Shown piece after piece: positions 15,026-17,432 of a stretch of 17,432 bases of DNA (positions within the stretch are counted from its first letter, which is position 1; every line of letters starts with the position of its first letter). Position numbers and translations under genes: made by a program. This stretch comes from Snowella sp. (GTDB lineage Bacteria; Cyanobacteriota; Cyanobacteriia; Cyanobacteriales; Microcystaceae). Below the pieces are notes generated by a model. That model saw only the letters and a list, made by a program, of their open reading frames with translations. It ran no database searches and was not told where the DNA came from. The stretch covers positions 1 through 17,432 of the forward strand of contig JAYKGY010000081.1 in the NCBI GenBank assembly GCA_035285545.1, in the 5' to 3' direction.

Positions 15026-17329
15026 TCATTCCTTCTGTGTTTGAGAATTAGGTTTACGGAAGGGATTATTCGGTTGTCCGATACGCAGCGTAATTTTAAA
15101 AATATTATCGTAAACTGATCGACTATTACCAAAAGCATTTTGGAAGTATCGATATTGATAATTAGCCCAGGAAAAACTTAGCTGGGGTGAATTAAACTCT
15201 CTTCCTAAATTAAGGTTAAAATCAAGTCCATATTGGGTACGATTTGGGTTGTCATCGTAGGGAGCAAAATAAGCACTGAAAGTGGCATACTGATTAAAAT
15301 TCAAAAATAAATTAACTAACATTTTAGAAAGAGAATTATTTTCTAAGTTATCCAAACCGAGAAAGTTAGTTACTCCGAAACCAATAGAGGAAGATTTGAG
15401 TTGAAACCCTGTAGCAAAAGAACTAAGAGGAGTTACATTAATTGTGTCGCCAATGCGAGTATCCTTTTGTAAAGCATAGGATATACCACTAAATAGGGTA
15501 AACAAAATATCTTTATTGAGAGGAATCCGATAGGAAGCCCTACCATTTAATTGACTATAATAATCCCGATCTGCATTGAGATAACCGACGGCTCCCAATT
15601 GATAGCTCCAATTTGGAAAATTCTGAGCATAATCTAGCCCTATATAAGGTTTAACTTCATTGGCAGCAATAATGCCCCCGTAATAACGAAAAACAGAATT
15701 ACTATTAGTAATGTTGCCCGTAAAACTTAAATGGGGATAATAATGGGTTTCTTCTGAATAGATATTAGTAAAAGTGACATTAGCCTCATTACTAAAAAAT
15801 TTAATATAGATTTGAGTATAGGGATCGGTAAGGGATAGGGAGGAAAAAGCATTACCGTTAACTGTTGAAGTAAAGTCCACATTGGAAACACTACTATTTC
15901 CCCCTTCTCCTCCCTTATTGGCCAAGATTCGTGTGGGGCCTATTATGCTATAGCCTCCTTCAATAGTGTCTTGACGACGATTAATGACAGGTGATAATCC
16001 TAACCAAATACTATTGAAATATCCAGGAGGCAGTTGACTAACATCAGTCAAATTTTTAGCGGGATGATAAGCTTCTCCTAAACCCGCTTGATAGATGACA
16101 AAACTAGATGCTGGTAAACGAAGGTTATTAGCGGCAAAGTATAAGTTGCGATTGACAGTTTTATTGACAGGTGCGTTGGTATCACTGGGTTCTAAAGTCG
16201 GTTTAATGTCAGGCAAAAAAGCGTTAACAAGGGATAAAGCAGGATTAAGAATAGTATTCGTTTCATCCTGAATGAATGGTATTCCCCTAATGGTACGAGC
16301 CATGACGGACTTTTCCGCATTAGTTTGAGCAATTTGATAAGTGTAAAGATAACTAGCAGCGGCAGCGTTTTTAAAATCTTCGTGACGGGTGATCGTGGAT
16401 TGACTGGCTTGCTCATTGCTTTGGACGGTACCTGTGTTCGGTAAGAAAAAGTCAATGCCAATTTCTTGCCCATTAGCCCCTCGTTGAAAACCCGGTTGAC
16501 GTATTGCTTCTAAAGACTCTGGGGTGACGATCTCACCGAAATTCGATGAGCTATTAGTACGGGTCGGCAGTAAGGTTTTGGGGTTGATGCTGTTTGGGTC
16601 AATGGATACACCAGGCGTATAAGAACAAATAGCATCCATTGGCTTATCAGGGAAAACACATCCTCCTGTTAAAGACATTTGGATGTGCTGCCCTAAAATC
16701 GTTAGGGGAATGGTTTCAGTAGTGGTAACAGTACGCTTATCTCTGACCGTCGCTAATTGTACATACTGTCCCCGTTGCTCCACGCTGAAAATCCGATTTT
16801 CTTTAATCTCCGTACTGACATCACTATTAATTGTGAGGATACCATTGAAGTCGGGCGAACTAGAGGTTTCTTGACCAAAGAGTTGACCTACTTGCAATTG
16901 CCATTGCGTGAGGTGGGTAATAGCAATTTCATTGATGGGGATAGTGGTCGCGAAGGGATCAATGGTATTGGGATTTGAAGCGGTAAGGGGTCTAGGGGTA
17001 AATGGAACATTAATAAAAGTATTAGAGGAGATATTCTGACTCAGAAGGGGAAAAAGAAGAATGTTAGACAATTCTCTGGTCAGCGGAAAAACAGGGGAAA
17101 AAACAGCAAATTCATCCCCTAAGATAACATTATCTAATTTTTGTAAAATTAAAGGATTATCAGTAAAAATTGCATCTTCTGGAAAAGTCAACTCGTACTT
17201 ACTGTCAATCAGTAATTTGACGGAACTGTCCAAGGGATCTTTTAGTGCTTTATTTTCTTGGGCATGGACAGAACTTGCTATGAAAATCAACGAAAAAAGA
17301 GAGCTATTAGAGCCTATCCGAAAAGTCAA
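15026..17329 (-). CDS. Large exported hypothetical protein with a probable C-terminal outer-membrane beta-barrel
   Basis: 767-aa ORF (TTG start); signal-peptide-like N-terminus ending VHA-QE; Cys pair (GGCVFP...AICSYTPG); last ~240 aa show alternating aromatic/Gly strands (RYYGG, YIGLDY, YQLGAVGY, YGLDFNLNL, SFSWANYQY, KITLRIG). Confidence 0.75.
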   Translation of the reverse strand: MTFRIGSNSSLFSLIFIASSVHAQENKALKDPLDSSVKLLIDSKYELTFPEDAIFTDNPLILQKLDNVILGDEFAVFSPVFPLTRELSNILLFPLLSQNISSNTFINVPFTPRPLTASNPNTIDPFATTIPINEIAITHLTQWQLQVGQLFGQETSSSPDFNGILTINSDVSTEIKENRIFSVEQRGQYVQLATVRDKRTVTTTETIPLTILGQHIQMSLTGGCVFPDKPMDAICSYTPGVSIDPNSINPKTLLPTRTNSSSNFGEIVTPESLEAIRQPGFQRGANGQEIGIDFFLPNTGTVQSNEQASQSTITRHEDFKNAAAASYLYTYQIAQTNAEKSVMARTIRGIPFIQDETNTILNPALSLVNAFLPDIKPTLEPSDTNAPVNKTVNRNLYFAANNLRLPASSFVIYQAGLGEAYHPAKNLTDVSQLPPGYFNSIWLGLSPVINRRQDTIEGGYSIIGPTRILANKGGEGGNSSVSNVDFTSTVNGNAFSSLSLTDPYTQIYIKFFSNEANVTFTNIYSEETHYYPHLSFTGNITNSNSVFRYYGGIIAANEVKPYIGLDYAQNFPNWSYQLGAVGYLNADRDYYSQLNGRASYRIPLNKDILFTLFSGISYALQKDTRIGDTINVTPLSSFATGFQLKSSSIGFGVTNFLGLDNLENNSLSKMLVNLFLNFNQYATFSAYFAPYDDNPNRTQYGLDFNLNLGREFNSPQLSFSWANYQYRYFQNAFGNSRSVYDNIFKITLRIGQPNNPFRKPNSQTQKE

Positions 17330-17432
17330 TAGGAACGAAATTGGTACATTTTAGCGAACGCTAACTTCACTAGCTAGGTGGACGGTTATTTCCCTAGCAA
17401 ATGCTCGGATAACTATCTCTCAAATGAGTCCT

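Noticed and set aside
5223..17354. Antisense/overlapping short ORFs in the track (e.g. 5223-5480, 7957-8202, 9677-9979, 10924-11394, 12504-12716, 16192-16473, 17061-17354)
   Set aside because: Shadows of well-supported genes with no independent coding signal.
1..17432. CRISPR array, rRNA, intact IS or prophage
   Set aside because: No regularly spaced repeats, rRNA signature, intact transposase or phage structural genes seen.

Overview
Chromosomal window of a unicellular cyanobacterium (about 17 exact HIP1 GCGATCGC sites counted by eye; gene sequences Synechocystis-like, so Chroococcales/Merismopediaceae-type by inference). It has three parts. (1) 1-3010: a decaying accessory/defence patch with two 5'-truncated gene fragments, hicB-hicA, a DUF6888/DUF6887-type pair, a frameshifted DUF29 gene, a broken antitoxin/MazF pair and a broken toxin-like gene. 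In its middle sits an unannotated ~300-nt, highly base-paired, promoter-preceded element (1583-1882) ending in a canonical tRNA T-arm and a tRNA-Gly-like acceptor stem, but which is neither a tRNA nor tmRNA; this is the best novelty candidate. (2) 3122-14016: core genes sodB, sbcD, ubiD, DUF3153, a Zam-like RNase R/II homologue with a degenerate active site, a Pro-rich hypothetical, a plsC-type acyltransferase and petC-petA. (3) 14243-17432: a HIP1-free block with a transposase remnant, a small secreted protein and a convergent 767-aa putative outer-membrane protein. Family calls are from motif recognition only; no searches or folding programs were run.
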